Virus record (IMG/VR): IMGVR_UViG_3300033144_006256
Coordinates: 20,645-84,644 of that record
Direction: 5' to 3' (one strand)
Length of the DNA: 64,000 nucleotides
Source: a virus
Part shown: one piece after another, positions 38,663 through 48,794 of the stretch
Layout of the letters: each line of letters starts with the position of its first letter
How positions within the stretch are numbered: the stretch's first letter is position 1
Notes under the pieces: model-generated
What the model was told of the DNA's origin: nothing
Seen by the model: the letters and a program-made list of their open reading frames with translations, nothing else
Databases searched by the model: none
Program-made: the position numbers and the translations under genes

Positions 38663-39073
38663 ATGACTGTATTAAGTGCTGATAATAACGCAAAAAGAAA
38701 AGATGGACAGTTCATTGAACATAAATTAGTAGCTTCTGATATTGTATATAAAGATTCGTTAGTATGTAATAATACAAGCGGGTATTTACTTCCAGGCAGT
38801 GATACTGCGGATTTGCGATTTGCAGGTGTTGCATTAGAGCAAGCTGATAACAGTTCAGGTTCTGCTGGTGCTAAATCAGTAAGAGTACAAAAAACAGGTT
38901 CATTTGTATTTGCAAAAGCTACTGCCGTTCAAGGTGATATTGGAGCTGCTGCATATATTCTTGATGATCAAACTGTTGGAACTACTTCTACTAATGGAAT
39001 TCAATGTGGTTATATTTCCGAACTTATAAGTTCTTCAAAAGTACGTGTTCGTATTGATGTTTCAGTGAGGTAA
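38663..39073 (+). CDS. Head decoration/cement protein
   Basis: FAGVA...DN..G, Y..DDQTV; immediately before the capsid gene. Confidence 0.7.
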   Translation: MTVLSADNNAKRKDGQFIEHKLVASDIVYKDSLVCNNTSGYLLPGSDTADLRFAGVALEQADNSSGSAGAKSVRVQKTGSFVFAKATAVQGDIGAAAYILDDQTVGTTSTNGIQCGYISELISSSKVRVRIDVSVR

Positions 39074-39077
39074 TCAA

Positions 39078-40019
39078 ATGATTGTTTCAAGTGATTTAAT
39101 GAAACTTCTTTTAGCTGGGATGAAAACCACTTTTATGAAGAGGTTAAAAGAAACTCCAGTTATACACCCTGCAATTACTACTATAACTAACTCAACTAAA
39201 GATAAAGAAACTTATCCTTGGTTAGGGGAAGACCCAGCAGTAACAGAGTGGTTAGATGAACGACAAGAGCAAGCAATAGCAGAACATAATTTTGAAATAA
39301 CTAATAGAAGTTGGTCAAATATGATTTCTGTTGATAGAGATACGATAGAGGACGACGCTTATTCTCAGATTAAGCTACGAGCATCTGGACTAGGCAAATC
39401 TTTTGCTCAGTTCTATGATGAATCTGTATTTACTCTATTAGCTCAAGGCAATTTAACAACTGGGACATCTGGCGAATTCAAGGGGAAAAATATTACTTGT
39501 TGGGATGGCGGAGCATTTTTTGCTTCAACTCATACAATCCAACATACTGGTGTAGATCAATCTAATGTTGGTTCAACTGCATTATCTTATGCTTCTTTAG
39601 CAGCTGCACGAGTATCTATGATGAAGATTAAGAATGATCACGGTAAGCCAATAACAGTAATGCCTAATTTATTGGTAGTCCCACCAGATCTTTATGACAC
39701 AGCTCTAAAGATAACAGGCTCTGCAATAGATCCTTCAGAAGGAACAACTACATCTTTCACAGCGAAGAATACTCTAAGTGGTATAAAAGTAATACAATCT
39801 CCATATCTAACTGATGCTAATAACTGGTTCTTGTTTGACACAGTTAACTCTATAACAAACCCAATTATAATTCAGATTAGACGAAAAGTTCAATTCAATT
39901 CATTAACAGATGGAACAGAATCAGCTTTCTTACGAAAGAAATTGTATTTTGGTTCAGATGCGAGAATTGGATTCGGATTTGCAGATTGGCGATATGCTTA
40001 CGGAGCATTTGTGACCTAA
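39078..40019 (+). CDS. Major capsid protein (Mu gpT-like)
   Basis: ETY.WLG..P...EW, ISVDRD.IEDD, FF...H, LVVPP.L, WFL.D. Confidence 0.9.
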   Translation: MIVSSDLMKLLLAGMKTTFMKRLKETPVIHPAITTITNSTKDKETYPWLGEDPAVTEWLDERQEQAIAEHNFEITNRSWSNMISVDRDTIEDDAYSQIKLRASGLGKSFAQFYDESVFTLLAQGNLTTGTSGEFKGKNITCWDGGAFFASTHTIQHTGVDQSNVGSTALSYASLAAARVSMMKIKNDHGKPITVMPNLLVVPPDLYDTALKITGSAIDPSEGTTTSFTAKNTLSGIKVIQSPYLTDANNWFLFDTVNSITNPIIIQIRRKVQFNSLTDGTESAFLRKKLYFGSDARIGFGFADWRYAYGAFVT

Positions 40020-40059
40020 ACTATAAATTAGTTTATTAACTTAGCTCTTTCGTGCTTTT

Positions 40060-40175
40060 CGCTCCCAATTTTGTTGCGTGCGATAATTATATGATTATTG
40101 TTGACTGCGATTATAGTTATTCTTAATAGTTTAACTTTTGAGCGGTGTCGCTTTGAAATAAACAAATTGGGAGCG
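40060..40175 (+). ncRNA. Long hairpin downstream of the capsid gene
   Basis: CGCTCCCAATTT / AAATTGGGAGCG closing stem with inner hairpins. Confidence 0.45.
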
Positions 40176-40186
40176 GAGGTACTAGA

Positions 40187-40258
40187 AGCAGGGTAGAATA
40201 GCGGTAGCTCATTGGGCTTATATCCAAAAGGTCGTCGGTTCGAACCAGACCCCCGCCA
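40187..40258 (+). tRNA. Initiator-tRNA-derived, degenerate tRNA with TAT anticodon
   Basis: Canonical arm lengths, GGTTCGAAC T loop, AGGTC variable loop, unpaired 1:72; mismatches in every stem. Confidence 0.6.
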
Positions 40259-40318
40259 CAATTATAATATGATAGAATCATAGAAACACGTTATAGGCGT
40301 GAAATTAAGGAAAAATAA

Positions 40319-40624
40319 ATGTCAGATTATAAACCATCAATAGCACAACTTTTAAATGATATGTTTGTGCTTGATTATAGCAATATTTCAGCAAGTACAG
40401 TGGTAAAATCAGCAACAGGAACATTTGCAGGTATTTTTGTATCTGCTGCTTCTGCAACACCAACAATAACAGTTTATGATAATACTGCTGGTTCAGGGAC
40501 AAAAATATTAGATACATTTACACCTGTTGCAGGGACATTTTATGATATACCTCCTTGTATTTTTGGAACAGGATTGTATATAACAATTAGTGGGACAGTG
40601 TCTTGCACAGTGTTCTATAAATAA
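40319..40624 (+). CDS. Small Ser/Thr-rich virion protein
   Basis: TITVYDNT...G...F.TGLY.TI.GT pattern. Confidence 0.6.
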   Translation: MSDYKPSIAQLLNDMFVLDYSNISASTVVKSATGTFAGIFVSAASATPTITVYDNTAGSGTKILDTFTPVAGTFYDIPPCIFGTGLYITISGTVSCTVFYK

Positions 40625-40638
40625 AGAAAGGTAAATTT

Positions 40639-40863
40639 ATGAGTAAGAGATTAAGTTTAGATAAAAAAGAATGTTCTAAAATATTAAAAGTTGCAGTTTA
40701 TTCAGGAATATCTGCTCTTTTAGCTGTTTTAATAACATACTTTAAGAGCATTGACATCTCATCACAGATGGCGTATTATTTAGTTATCGGAATACCAGTC
40801 GTTAATACAGCACTTGTAGCATTGAAACAATTTATAGATGAGAATATAACAAAAAAAAAGTAA
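40639..40863 (+). CDS. Small two-TM holin-like protein
   Basis: Two hydrophobic helices and a basic C-terminus. Confidence 0.5.
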   Translation: MSKRLSLDKKECSKILKVAVYSGISALLAVLITYFKSIDISSQMAYYLVIGIPVVNTALVALKQFIDENITKKK

Positions 40864-40892
40864 CAAGTTAATAAACTTGAATATAAAAATAA

Positions 40893-41573
40893 ATGAATGA
40901 GCAGATCACAATTTTATTTACTACATTTAACAGGTTAGAATATACAAAACAAAGTTTGCCTGTTTTAGTAAAAAATACAGAATACGAAAATATACGGCTC
41001 ATTATTATTGATAACAATTCAACAGATGGAACTCAAGAATGGCTAGAAAAAAACAAGCCAGATAATTCTTGGGTTTTTTATAATAAAAAAAATAATGGCG
41101 TTATAGGTGCTATGAACCAATGTTTGCCCCTGTGTGGCGGGCTAATGGCAAAAGTGGATAATGATACACTTGTCCCTAAAAAATGGCTTACAACGCTATA
41201 TACAAAGTTGCAAGAGCATTCATTGTTCGCTATCGGAGCGAAGCATAAGATAATGAATTCTAATTATAAAACTTGGGATGATTGGATGGAAAATTTGAAA
41301 AAATTAGATAATGATTTATATTTAACAAATTATGTTGGCGGTTCAGGTGTATTATTCAGAACAGAAGGGATAAAAAATATACCAGCTCGTGGAAGATTTT
41401 TTGGCTGGGGTGATATTCAAGAACAAATGGTTAGAAGCGATAAAAAAATAGCTTTTCATAATGGGGTGTATGTTGATTTATTAGATATGGATGCAGACAA
41501 CAAGTATAATACCGATTTCATTGATTATCGTTTAGAAGTAGGAAGGGTTAAAAATGTTAAACAATTGTTATAG
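40893..41573 (+). CDS. Glycosyltransferase family 2
   Basis: TFNR, IIDNNSTDGT, N.G, KVDND. Confidence 0.9.
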   Translation: MNEQITILFTTFNRLEYTKQSLPVLVKNTEYENIRLIIIDNNSTDGTQEWLEKNKPDNSWVFYNKKNNGVIGAMNQCLPLCGGLMAKVDNDTLVPKKWLTTLYTKLQEHSLFAIGAKHKIMNSNYKTWDDWMENLKKLDNDLYLTNYVGGSGVLFRTEGIKNIPARGRFFGWGDIQEQMVRSDKKIAFHNGVYVDLLDMDADNKYNTDFIDYRLEVGRVKNVKQLL

Positions 41574-42543
41574 GATACTTTATTGTGGTGTGTTTAATCC
41601 GAAACTTATTTATCAAGCATCCCCGATTTCTAATGATGATGTTATAGCCCGTGGATTAGAAAAAAATAATTGCAGGGTAGTTAAATTTGATTTTAGGCAA
41701 GAAACAAAAGAATTTGGTGTTGAAAATATGCGACAGGCATTATATGAAAGAGCAATTAGTTATCAACCAGATATTATATGGTTCGCTAAAACAGATGAAA
41801 TCGGTATTGAAACTTTACTTAATATTAAAAGTGCTTTGCCTAATACTAAGATTGTTAATTGGGCAGATGATATTCGTCCAGAGCCAGTAAAAGAACTTAT
41901 AGAGTTTAATAAACATACAGATTTACTTTTAGCTGATTTTGGCGGTGAATGGTTGAAAAAACATAAAGAACTTGGTGTGAATAGAATAGCAAATTTTTTT
42001 ACATTAGTTGATACTGAAAATTATGTGCATATTGATATACCAGAAACAGAATGGCAAGAAGATATTATATTTACAGGTAAAGACGCTCCATTTTCAGAAG
42101 ATATAAGAAAGGTAGTAAAAAGTTCATTAGAAGATTATGGGGCTAAGATATATGATGAAAATAATTGGATTGGTTATCCAGAATATAAACAAGCTATAAA
42201 TGGTGCTTATATAGGTATAGGTTGCAATTCGCTTAATCACGCAGAACTTTACACATCAGATCGTCTTGCTCATTTTATGGGATGCGGAACATTTTATATG
42301 ACATATAAAATTAAAGGATTAGAAAAGATTTTTAATAGCAATGAAATAATACAATTTGATAGTATAAAAGATATGTATGAAAAAATAGAATACTATTTAA
42401 TAAATGATAAAGAGCGGAAAGAAATAGCTTATAACGGTTATAAGAAGATAAGAAAATTACTTGATTACCGCAGAGTAGTAAATGATTGGTTAAATATATT
42501 ATTTAATAATAAAAGTGAATATGATTGGGTAACAATATTATGA
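41554..42543 (+). CDS. GT-B glycosyltransferase (CgeB-like)
   Basis: PDII, DIIFTG, SDRL...MGCG.F, YYL....ER..IA.NG. Confidence 0.85.
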   Translation: MLNNCYRILYCGVFNPKLIYQASPISNDDVIARGLEKNNCRVVKFDFRQETKEFGVENMRQALYERAISYQPDIIWFAKTDEIGIETLLNIKSALPNTKIVNWADDIRPEPVKELIEFNKHTDLLLADFGGEWLKKHKELGVNRIANFFTLVDTENYVHIDIPETEWQEDIIFTGKDAPFSEDIRKVVKSSLEDYGAKIYDENNWIGYPEYKQAINGAYIGIGCNSLNHAELYTSDRLAHFMGCGTFYMTYKIKGLEKIFNSNEIIQFDSIKDMYEKIEYYLINDKERKEIAYNGYKKIRKLLDYRRVVNDWLNILFNNKSEYDWVTIL

Positions 42544-42682
42544 AATTCAAAAACCATAAAGATAAATTAAAACTTGCCAGAAAAATGATAACAAGAAACG
42601 AAATTAAAAATCACACGCCATTATTCCAAAGTAAAGCGTGGAAATTAAAAAAAATATCAATAAATAATCGTATTAAAAAGAA

Positions 42683-43240
42683 ATGTTTGGAAAAGTAATG
42701 GAAGAAATTAAAAAAGATATTCATAACCAGCCAGATAGTGAATGGCATACAAAAGGGATAAAAGAAAGTTGCGAACATTTATTATTTGTAAGTAAAATAT
42801 TCCCATTTAAAAGTGTGTTAGATTTAGGATGTGGGAGTGGCATTGCTTGCAAGATATTAAAAGAAGCAGGGAAACAATGTATAGGGATTAGTCTATCAGA
42901 TGAAGAAGCACACAAAGGGGTAGAGATATTAAAGCAAGATATACACAATTTAGATATACCAGATAATAGTTATGATTTAATTTTTGCAAGGCATATTTTA
43001 GAACACAGCCCTATCCCATTACATATACTTTTTGAATGTAAAAGAATAGCAAAATTAAGTTATATAGTTATACCAGATTGTAATTGGATGAGCTTATCAC
43101 ACACTAACCATTATTCTGTTTTAACACCTGAAATGTGGGAAAAACTTTTTGAAAGGGTTGGATTAAAAATAATTGAAAAGATGCTTGGAAAATGGCACGC
43201 ACACCCAAAAGGTGTAGAATATAGGTATTTATTAAAATGA
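42683..43240 (+). CDS. Class I SAM-dependent methyltransferase
   Basis: VLDLGCGSG, D.H, RHILEHSP.P. Confidence 0.9.
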   Translation: MFGKVMEEIKKDIHNQPDSEWHTKGIKESCEHLLFVSKIFPFKSVLDLGCGSGIACKILKEAGKQCIGISLSDEEAHKGVEILKQDIHNLDIPDNSYDLIFARHILEHSPIPLHILFECKRIAKLSYIVIPDCNWMSLSHTNHYSVLTPEMWEKLFERVGLKIIEKMLGKWHAHPKGVEYRYLLK

Positions 43241-44313
43241 AAATAGGTTTTATCACAATTTGGGCTCATCGCGGGCAAGCGTATGTTACAAAAGCAATCA
43301 AAGAAGCGTTAGATAAAGAACACGAAACATTTATATTCGCAAGAAGAGGATTTGTTAAAAAAAACGATAAAGAATTATATCCAATACAAGAAATAGCAGG
43401 CGAATGGGAAGCAAAAAACATATACCTTTATCCAGATTATAAAATACATCCGCTACACTTAGCAGATTGGATTATTGATAATAAAATAGAATGTATTGTT
43501 TTTAATGAAGAATATCAATGGGAATTAGTAGAAATGGCTAATTCGCTTAACTGCAAAACTGTTACTTATGTTGATTGGTTCAGTGACCAAACGATAGAAA
43601 AACATAAGATGTATGATTTAAATATAATTTGTGTAGAACATACAGCAGAAGCATTTAAAGAAAATAATATACCATATGAATATATTAATTGGGGTGTTGA
43701 TACAAAGAAATTCAAACCGCAAGAGGATAAAGATAAATGCACATTTTTTCATTCATCAGGCTGGGGCGGAGTAAATTTAAGGAAATGCACATTAGAAGTT
43801 TTTAGAGCGTTTGCGAAATTATCAGATAAATACAAAGATATATCTTTATTCTGGCATTCGCAATCAGATTTGAATAGATACCCAGAAGAAGTTGCTGATA
43901 TACTTAGAAAATATAATATAAAAACATATTTTGGAAGCGTTGATCACCCTTGCTTATATCATAAAGGAGAATTTCATATAGCAGTTAGTAAATTAGAAGG
44001 ATTAGGACTGTATATACCAGAAGGACTTGCTTGTGGATTACCAACAATAACAACAGATAAACCACCGATGAACCAGTTTGTAAATGAAAATAATGGTTAT
44101 TTAGTGGGAACGGTTAAAGAAGAAAAAAGAAAAGATGGTTATTATTTTCCAGAATATACAATAGATGAGCAAGATTTATATAATCAAATGGAACAGGCAA
44201 TAAATGATAAAGATTATGAAGCTAAAAGCAGAAATGCGATTGAAACAATAAAAAGTGATTATAGCATAAAAGAATTTAATAATAATATAAATAGATTATT
44301 TTCAAAATTATGA
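43237..44313 (+). CDS. Glycosyltransferase family 4 (GT-B)
   Basis: GVDT..F.P, RK, EGLGL...EGLACGLP.ITTD..PM. Confidence 0.9.
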   Translation: MKIGFITIWAHRGQAYVTKAIKEALDKEHETFIFARRGFVKKNDKELYPIQEIAGEWEAKNIYLYPDYKIHPLHLADWIIDNKIECIVFNEEYQWELVEMANSLNCKTVTYVDWFSDQTIEKHKMYDLNIICVEHTAEAFKENNIPYEYINWGVDTKKFKPQEDKDKCTFFHSSGWGGVNLRKCTLEVFRAFAKLSDKYKDISLFWHSQSDLNRYPEEVADILRKYNIKTYFGSVDHPCLYHKGEFHIAVSKLEGLGLYIPEGLACGLPTITTDKPPMNQFVNENNGYLVGTVKEEKRKDGYYFPEYTIDEQDLYNQMEQAINDKDYEAKSRNAIETIKSDYSIKEFNNNINRLFSKL

Positions 44314-44924
44314 GTAAGCCAACAAAAAGAGAAATATACAAAAGATTTTGTTATAAAGATAAAATATTAGACCTCATAATAGAATGTCACAAATACGATA
44401 TGTTAAAATCAGATTTCCTATATCCAAAACAAAAAAGAATAGATTTGATAATAGATGTATTAAAAGAGATTAAAAATGGTGGCAATGGGTTTAAGAATTT
44501 AATCAAAAATGAATATTATCCAGAGGGAGATTATAAAACAGTGTGTTCATTTTGTAAGAAAGAAATAGCCGAAGAAGATTTTGATATAGCATTTGGTTAT
44601 TGGAGACCATTCTGGCGTTCAGTTCATAAAAATTGCAAACAAGAGCAAGAAAATAATGAACAATACGAATGCCAAAAAATAGATGCTAATTGTAATGATT
44701 GTAAATATTTTAAAAGAGATATACCATCAGAAAAAGTAGATATACCAAAAGGGAATGAATGCAGAAGTGTATTACCTCCACTTAAAGGATATAAAGGATT
44801 TTGTGGAAAAAATAAAGGTATTGTATATGCATCTCCAAAAATAGCAACAAGCAATAATTGCTTTGTTCATAGAAAAGAAGAAAAATATAAAGATAAATAT
44901 CCACATTGGTTTAAAAAATTATGA
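44310..44924 (+). CDS. Cys-rich hypothetical protein
   Basis: CxxC, DANCNDC..F.R, CF.HR. Confidence 0.6.
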   Translation: MSKPTKREIYKRFCYKDKILDLIIECHKYDMLKSDFLYPKQKRIDLIIDVLKEIKNGGNGFKNLIKNEYYPEGDYKTVCSFCKKEIAEEDFDIAFGYWRPFWRSVHKNCKQEQENNEQYECQKIDANCNDCKYFKRDIPSEKVDIPKGNECRSVLPPLKGYKGFCGKNKGIVYASPKIATSNNCFVHRKEEKYKDKYPHWFKKL

Positions 44925-45508
44925 AGCGATTGTTACAAGAAAATCCGAATAGTGCGAAATACTGGAATAAAGTTTTTGATAGTGAAATAAAAAATAATAT
45001 AAACAGATTTTGTATTGCAAGATTAAATATGGTTGATGCCCATATAAAGGATGGGACTTCAATACTTGATATAGGATGTGGCAAAGGTGAATTTCTTTTA
45101 GAAATGGCAAAAAGAAAACTTAATTTATTATTACACGGATGTGATATTTCAGAAGTTGCGATTAAAAATTGTAAAAATAAAATGCTAAATGGGAAATTTA
45201 TAACTTGTGATATTAAAGATTTAAAAAAACACTACAAAGAAAATTATTTTAATTATATTATTTGCGAAGAAGTTATTGAACATATAGATAATCCAGAAAA
45301 ACTTATAAAAGATGTCTATAGTATGTTAAAACAAGGTGGAAAATTTATCTTATCAACCCCATATAAGAATAAGATTGGTGGAGAACATATTTGGAGTTTC
45401 AATATAAAAGATTTTGTATATATATTTGAAAATAATAAATGGGAAATTGAACAGATAATAAGATATTATGATTTAAGAAATTTATTCATAAGCGTCATAA
45501 AAAAATGA
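44921..45508 (+). CDS. Class I SAM-dependent methyltransferase
   Basis: ILDIGCGKG, EVIEHI, LK.GG...LSTP. Confidence 0.9.
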   Translation: MKRLLQENPNSAKYWNKVFDSEIKNNINRFCIARLNMVDAHIKDGTSILDIGCGKGEFLLEMAKRKLNLLLHGCDISEVAIKNCKNKMLNGKFITCDIKDLKKHYKENYFNYIICEEVIEHIDNPEKLIKDVYSMLKQGGKFILSTPYKNKIGGEHIWSFNIKDFVYIFENNKWEIEQIIRYYDLRNLFISVIKK

Positions 45509-45548
45509 AAAATATAAAATAATAATTTAATATAAGGATAATAAAAAT

Positions 45549-46367
45549 ATGAAAAATATACTAATAACACACACAGATTTAGATGGAGCAGGTTGTGCAA
45601 TTATATTTAAACAAAAGTTCCCAGATATTAAAATACAATATCATAATTATGATACAGTAGATACAATCTCAGAAAAACTTTTAAACGAAAAAGATAAGTA
45701 TGATAAAATATTTTTTGCTGATATAACACCAATGGAAGAAATTGGTAAAAAAATGTTAGAAGATGATAAATTTATTTTAATTGATCACCATAAAACAAGA
45801 TTATATTTAGACGGGACAAAAGGTTTTGATACAAATATTTGCGGTGCTTTTATATCTATGAATTACTTAAACCAAATTGATATTAACGAAGATTGTAATA
45901 ATGATTTTATATTATCTGTTGATGCTTGGGACAGTTGGAAATTAGATAGCCAATATAGAAAAAATGGGGAAGGATTAAATTTACTATTCGGATATTATGG
46001 TATGGATAAGTTTGTAGAAGAGTTTAAAGATATGAGAGATATAACAACAGAAGAAAAAACTATTATTTGTGTATTAAGAAAAATAAAAGAAGATTATTTA
46101 AACCATAAAATAGAACAATGTAAAACTAAATTAGACGAAAATGGGAATAAATATTGGGAATTTTATATTGGAGAGCCACAATCAGGGTTAGGCAATTTAC
46201 TTGAAATGGCAGGAGATAAAGCTAAAGATATTAAGTATATAAAATCAATAAATATGAATGATAATGTTGTAAGTTTATATTCTCTTGATATTGATGTTTC
46301 AGAAATAGCAAAAGAGAAAGGTGGAGGCGGACATAAAAAAGCAAGTGGGTATAGCATAGTATTATGA
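45549..46367 (+). CDS. DHH/DHHA1 phosphoesterase (NrnA/NrnB-like)
   Basis: H.DLDG, D, IDHH, GGGGH..ASG. Confidence 0.9.
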   Translation: MKNILITHTDLDGAGCAIIFKQKFPDIKIQYHNYDTVDTISEKLLNEKDKYDKIFFADITPMEEIGKKMLEDDKFILIDHHKTRLYLDGTKGFDTNICGAFISMNYLNQIDINEDCNNDFILSVDAWDSWKLDSQYRKNGEGLNLLFGYYGMDKFVEEFKDMRDITTEEKTIICVLRKIKEDYLNHKIEQCKTKLDENGNKYWEFYIGEPQSGLGNLLEMAGDKAKDIKYIKSINMNDNVVSLYSLDIDVSEIAKEKGGGGHKKASGYSIVL

Positions 46368-47380
46368 AAAATATAAGTGAAATTAAAATTGGCATTTGCA
46401 TTCCAACAATCAGAGAAGATTGCCTCGTTAAGTTTTTAAAAGAATGGCAACCACAGTTTGATTTAGAAAATATAAATTTCTATATAACAGAAGATAACGA
46501 AACATTAAAGATAGATTATATAAAAGCATTTAAAGAATACAAGAATAAAAATGTTAAGATATACAGCCACAAAGAAATTAAAGAAGATTTAAAAAACAAT
46601 AGCTGGATAATATGCAAAAAAAATTCATCACATAGAAGCTATGGATATTTACAAGCATATAAAGATAATTGCGATATGATAGTTACACTTGATGACGATT
46701 GTTATCCGTTAGAAGATGTAAGATATTTAGAAGCACATTGGAATAAATTAAATGCACAAGTTGATATGTGGGGATCGTCAGCATTTGATAAAAACAGTGA
46801 TAGAATACCAGTAAGAGGAATACCATATAAAAATAGAACAGTTAAAGATAAAGTTATTATCAATCACGGCTTATGGAAAAACAATCTTGATTTAGATGCA
46901 GTCCATCAATTATTAGGGGATTTGAATAATAAAGAAATAGATATTTTTAGAACGCCAACAGTATTTAGCAAATACAGAAGTTTATGTGGAATGTCGCTTG
47001 CCTTTAAGAAAGAAGCAACACCTTTAATGTATTTTGGATTGCAAGGTGAAGATTGGATGTTTGATAGATTTGATGATATTTGGTGCGGGATAATAGCACA
47101 AAAAATAGTATCACATTTAGGAAAGTATATTACTAATGGAACACCGATGATATGGCACGATAGAGCAAGCGATCCATTTAAAAATCTTATAAAAGAAGCA
47201 CAAGGGGTTCAGATAAACGAAACATTTTGGCAGTTTATAGAAGAAATACAATTAGTAGGTAAAACATACAGGGAGTGTTTTAGGCAGATAGCAAAAGAAT
47301 TAAAAAAATTCCCAGAAGAAAAAAAGTATTTCAATAAACTTTCAGAAGCTATGATTATTTGGTTATCGCTGTTTAAATAG
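46364..47380 (+). CDS. RGP/GT75 family protein (UDP-arabinopyranose mutase-like)
   Basis: IPTIR, R.YGY, DDDC, VRG.PY, HGLW, CGM.LAF, RFDDIW.G, H.RAS.PF.NL.KE. Confidence 0.85.
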   Translation: MKNISEIKIGICIPTIREDCLVKFLKEWQPQFDLENINFYITEDNETLKIDYIKAFKEYKNKNVKIYSHKEIKEDLKNNSWIICKKNSSHRSYGYLQAYKDNCDMIVTLDDDCYPLEDVRYLEAHWNKLNAQVDMWGSSAFDKNSDRIPVRGIPYKNRTVKDKVIINHGLWKNNLDLDAVHQLLGDLNNKEIDIFRTPTVFSKYRSLCGMSLAFKKEATPLMYFGLQGEDWMFDRFDDIWCGIIAQKIVSHLGKYITNGTPMIWHDRASDPFKNLIKEAQGVQINETFWQFIEEIQLVGKTYRECFRQIAKELKKFPEEKKYFNKLSEAMIIWLSLFK

Positions 47381-47406
47381 AAAATAAACTATAACAGGTT
47401 ATAACT

Positions 47407-48144
47407 ATGAAAATATCAATTATAATACTACAATATAATATCAATAAAGAACTTGTAGAAATAACAAAAGATTGTATCACAAGTTTTAGATTAGCATTAC
47501 AAAATCACGACCACGAAATAATAATTGTTGATAATAATTCCCCTATAAAAGATAAAGAAATAATAAAATCTGCAGATATTTATTTACAAAGAAAAGAAAA
47601 TAATAGTGTTGCACAAGCATTTAATGAAGGAGTAGCAAAATCAACAGGTGATATTATATGCCATAGTGATAATGATGTTTTAGTTGCTCCCGACTGGGCA
47701 TTAAAACTTAAAGAAACTTTTAGAAAAGATAAAGATTGTTCAGTAGTAGGATTTATGCTTGCGAAAGATAAAGAAGATTTGTTTTTCTCTACTGAAGAAA
47801 AAGATAGAATAAATGGTATGCCAGCAGGTTGTTTATTTGCAATGAAAAGAAAAGTTTTTGAAGCATTAAATGGTTTTGATGAAAATTTTAAGGTTTGTTA
47901 TTACGATGATGGCGATTTTCTTTTAAGGGTGTTAAAAACAGGGTTTAAAATAAGAATGTGCTATAATAATAAAGTTTATCATTATTTATCAAGGACAACA
48001 AAAGATAAAGAATATAGAGCAGGGTTGCATACAGCACGAACATTTAATCAAGGTTATTTTAAAGGAAAACACGGAGGTATATGTAAGGATTTATGGAAAT
48101 ATTATATGGATAATTTTTCCCTATACAAGGAGAAAATTAAATGA
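47407..48144 (+). CDS. Glycosyltransferase family 2
   Basis: IIVDN.S, N.G, DND, GFDE.F, DD.DF..R. Confidence 0.9.
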   Translation: MKISIIILQYNINKELVEITKDCITSFRLALQNHDHEIIIVDNNSPIKDKEIIKSADIYLQRKENNSVAQAFNEGVAKSTGDIICHSDNDVLVAPDWALKLKETFRKDKDCSVVGFMLAKDKEDLFFSTEEKDRINGMPAGCLFAMKRKVFEALNGFDENFKVCYYDDGDFLLRVLKTGFKIRMCYNNKVYHYLSRTTKDKEYRAGLHTARTFNQGYFKGKHGGICKDLWKYYMDNFSLYKEKIK

Positions 48145-48767
48145 AAAGCGTTATAGTCTATGGGCAGCGAAGATCGGGTACGTCGCTATTTGCGGGGGTA
48201 TTATATTATTTAGGTATTCCTATGGGTAAAGAAGCATTGCCAACGCAAGTATCTGATAGAAACCCAAAAGGATTTTTTGAAGATAGAAGCATTATAAAAA
48301 TATCAGAAGTAATGATACAGTATATAATGCGATATGAAAGCATAGATGCAAGTATAGAAAAGTTAAAACAGTTATTCGGTGTTCAAATTGAAAAAGCTAT
48401 CAATAAAAGAAAAAGCAATTGTAATGGTATTTGGGGGGTAAAAGATGTTAATATGATTGATTTATTAGATGTATATCGCAGTTATTTAACACAGGCACAT
48501 TTTATAGTAGTCCATAGAAACCCATTAGATGTAGCAAAATCTTATTCTGATTGGCACAAAACAGAAGTAGAAAATTCTTTAGCTATGGTGATGAAAAATT
48601 ACGAAAAAATAAACGAAAGTATGGCGTTTGAAAATAATAAACTGCTTGTATCTTACGATGAAGCAATACAAAGTCCAGAAAAAGTTGTTAATGAAATAAT
48701 AGAATTTTTGCGAATACAAGTTACACAAGAGCAATTAAATAATGCTATTAAACATATAGGAAAATAG
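48141..48767 (+). CDS. Sulfotransferase family protein
   Basis: 5'PSB G..RSGTS, NPKGFFED, WG.KD, 3'PB RNP.DV..S. Confidence 0.85.
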   Translation: MKSVIVYGQRRSGTSLFAGVLYYLGIPMGKEALPTQVSDRNPKGFFEDRSIIKISEVMIQYIMRYESIDASIEKLKQLFGVQIEKAINKRKSNCNGIWGVKDVNMIDLLDVYRSYLTQAHFIVVHRNPLDVAKSYSDWHKTEVENSLAMVMKNYEKINESMAFENNKLLVSYDEAIQSPEKVVNEIIEFLRIQVTQEQLNNAIKHIGK

Positions 48768-48794
48768 CCAATTAATCCGTAATATGGTAAAATA

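Noticed and set aside
40187-40258. tRNA as a prophage attachment site
   Set aside because: No integrase and no duplicated tRNA 3' end in the window; phage genes continue on both sides.
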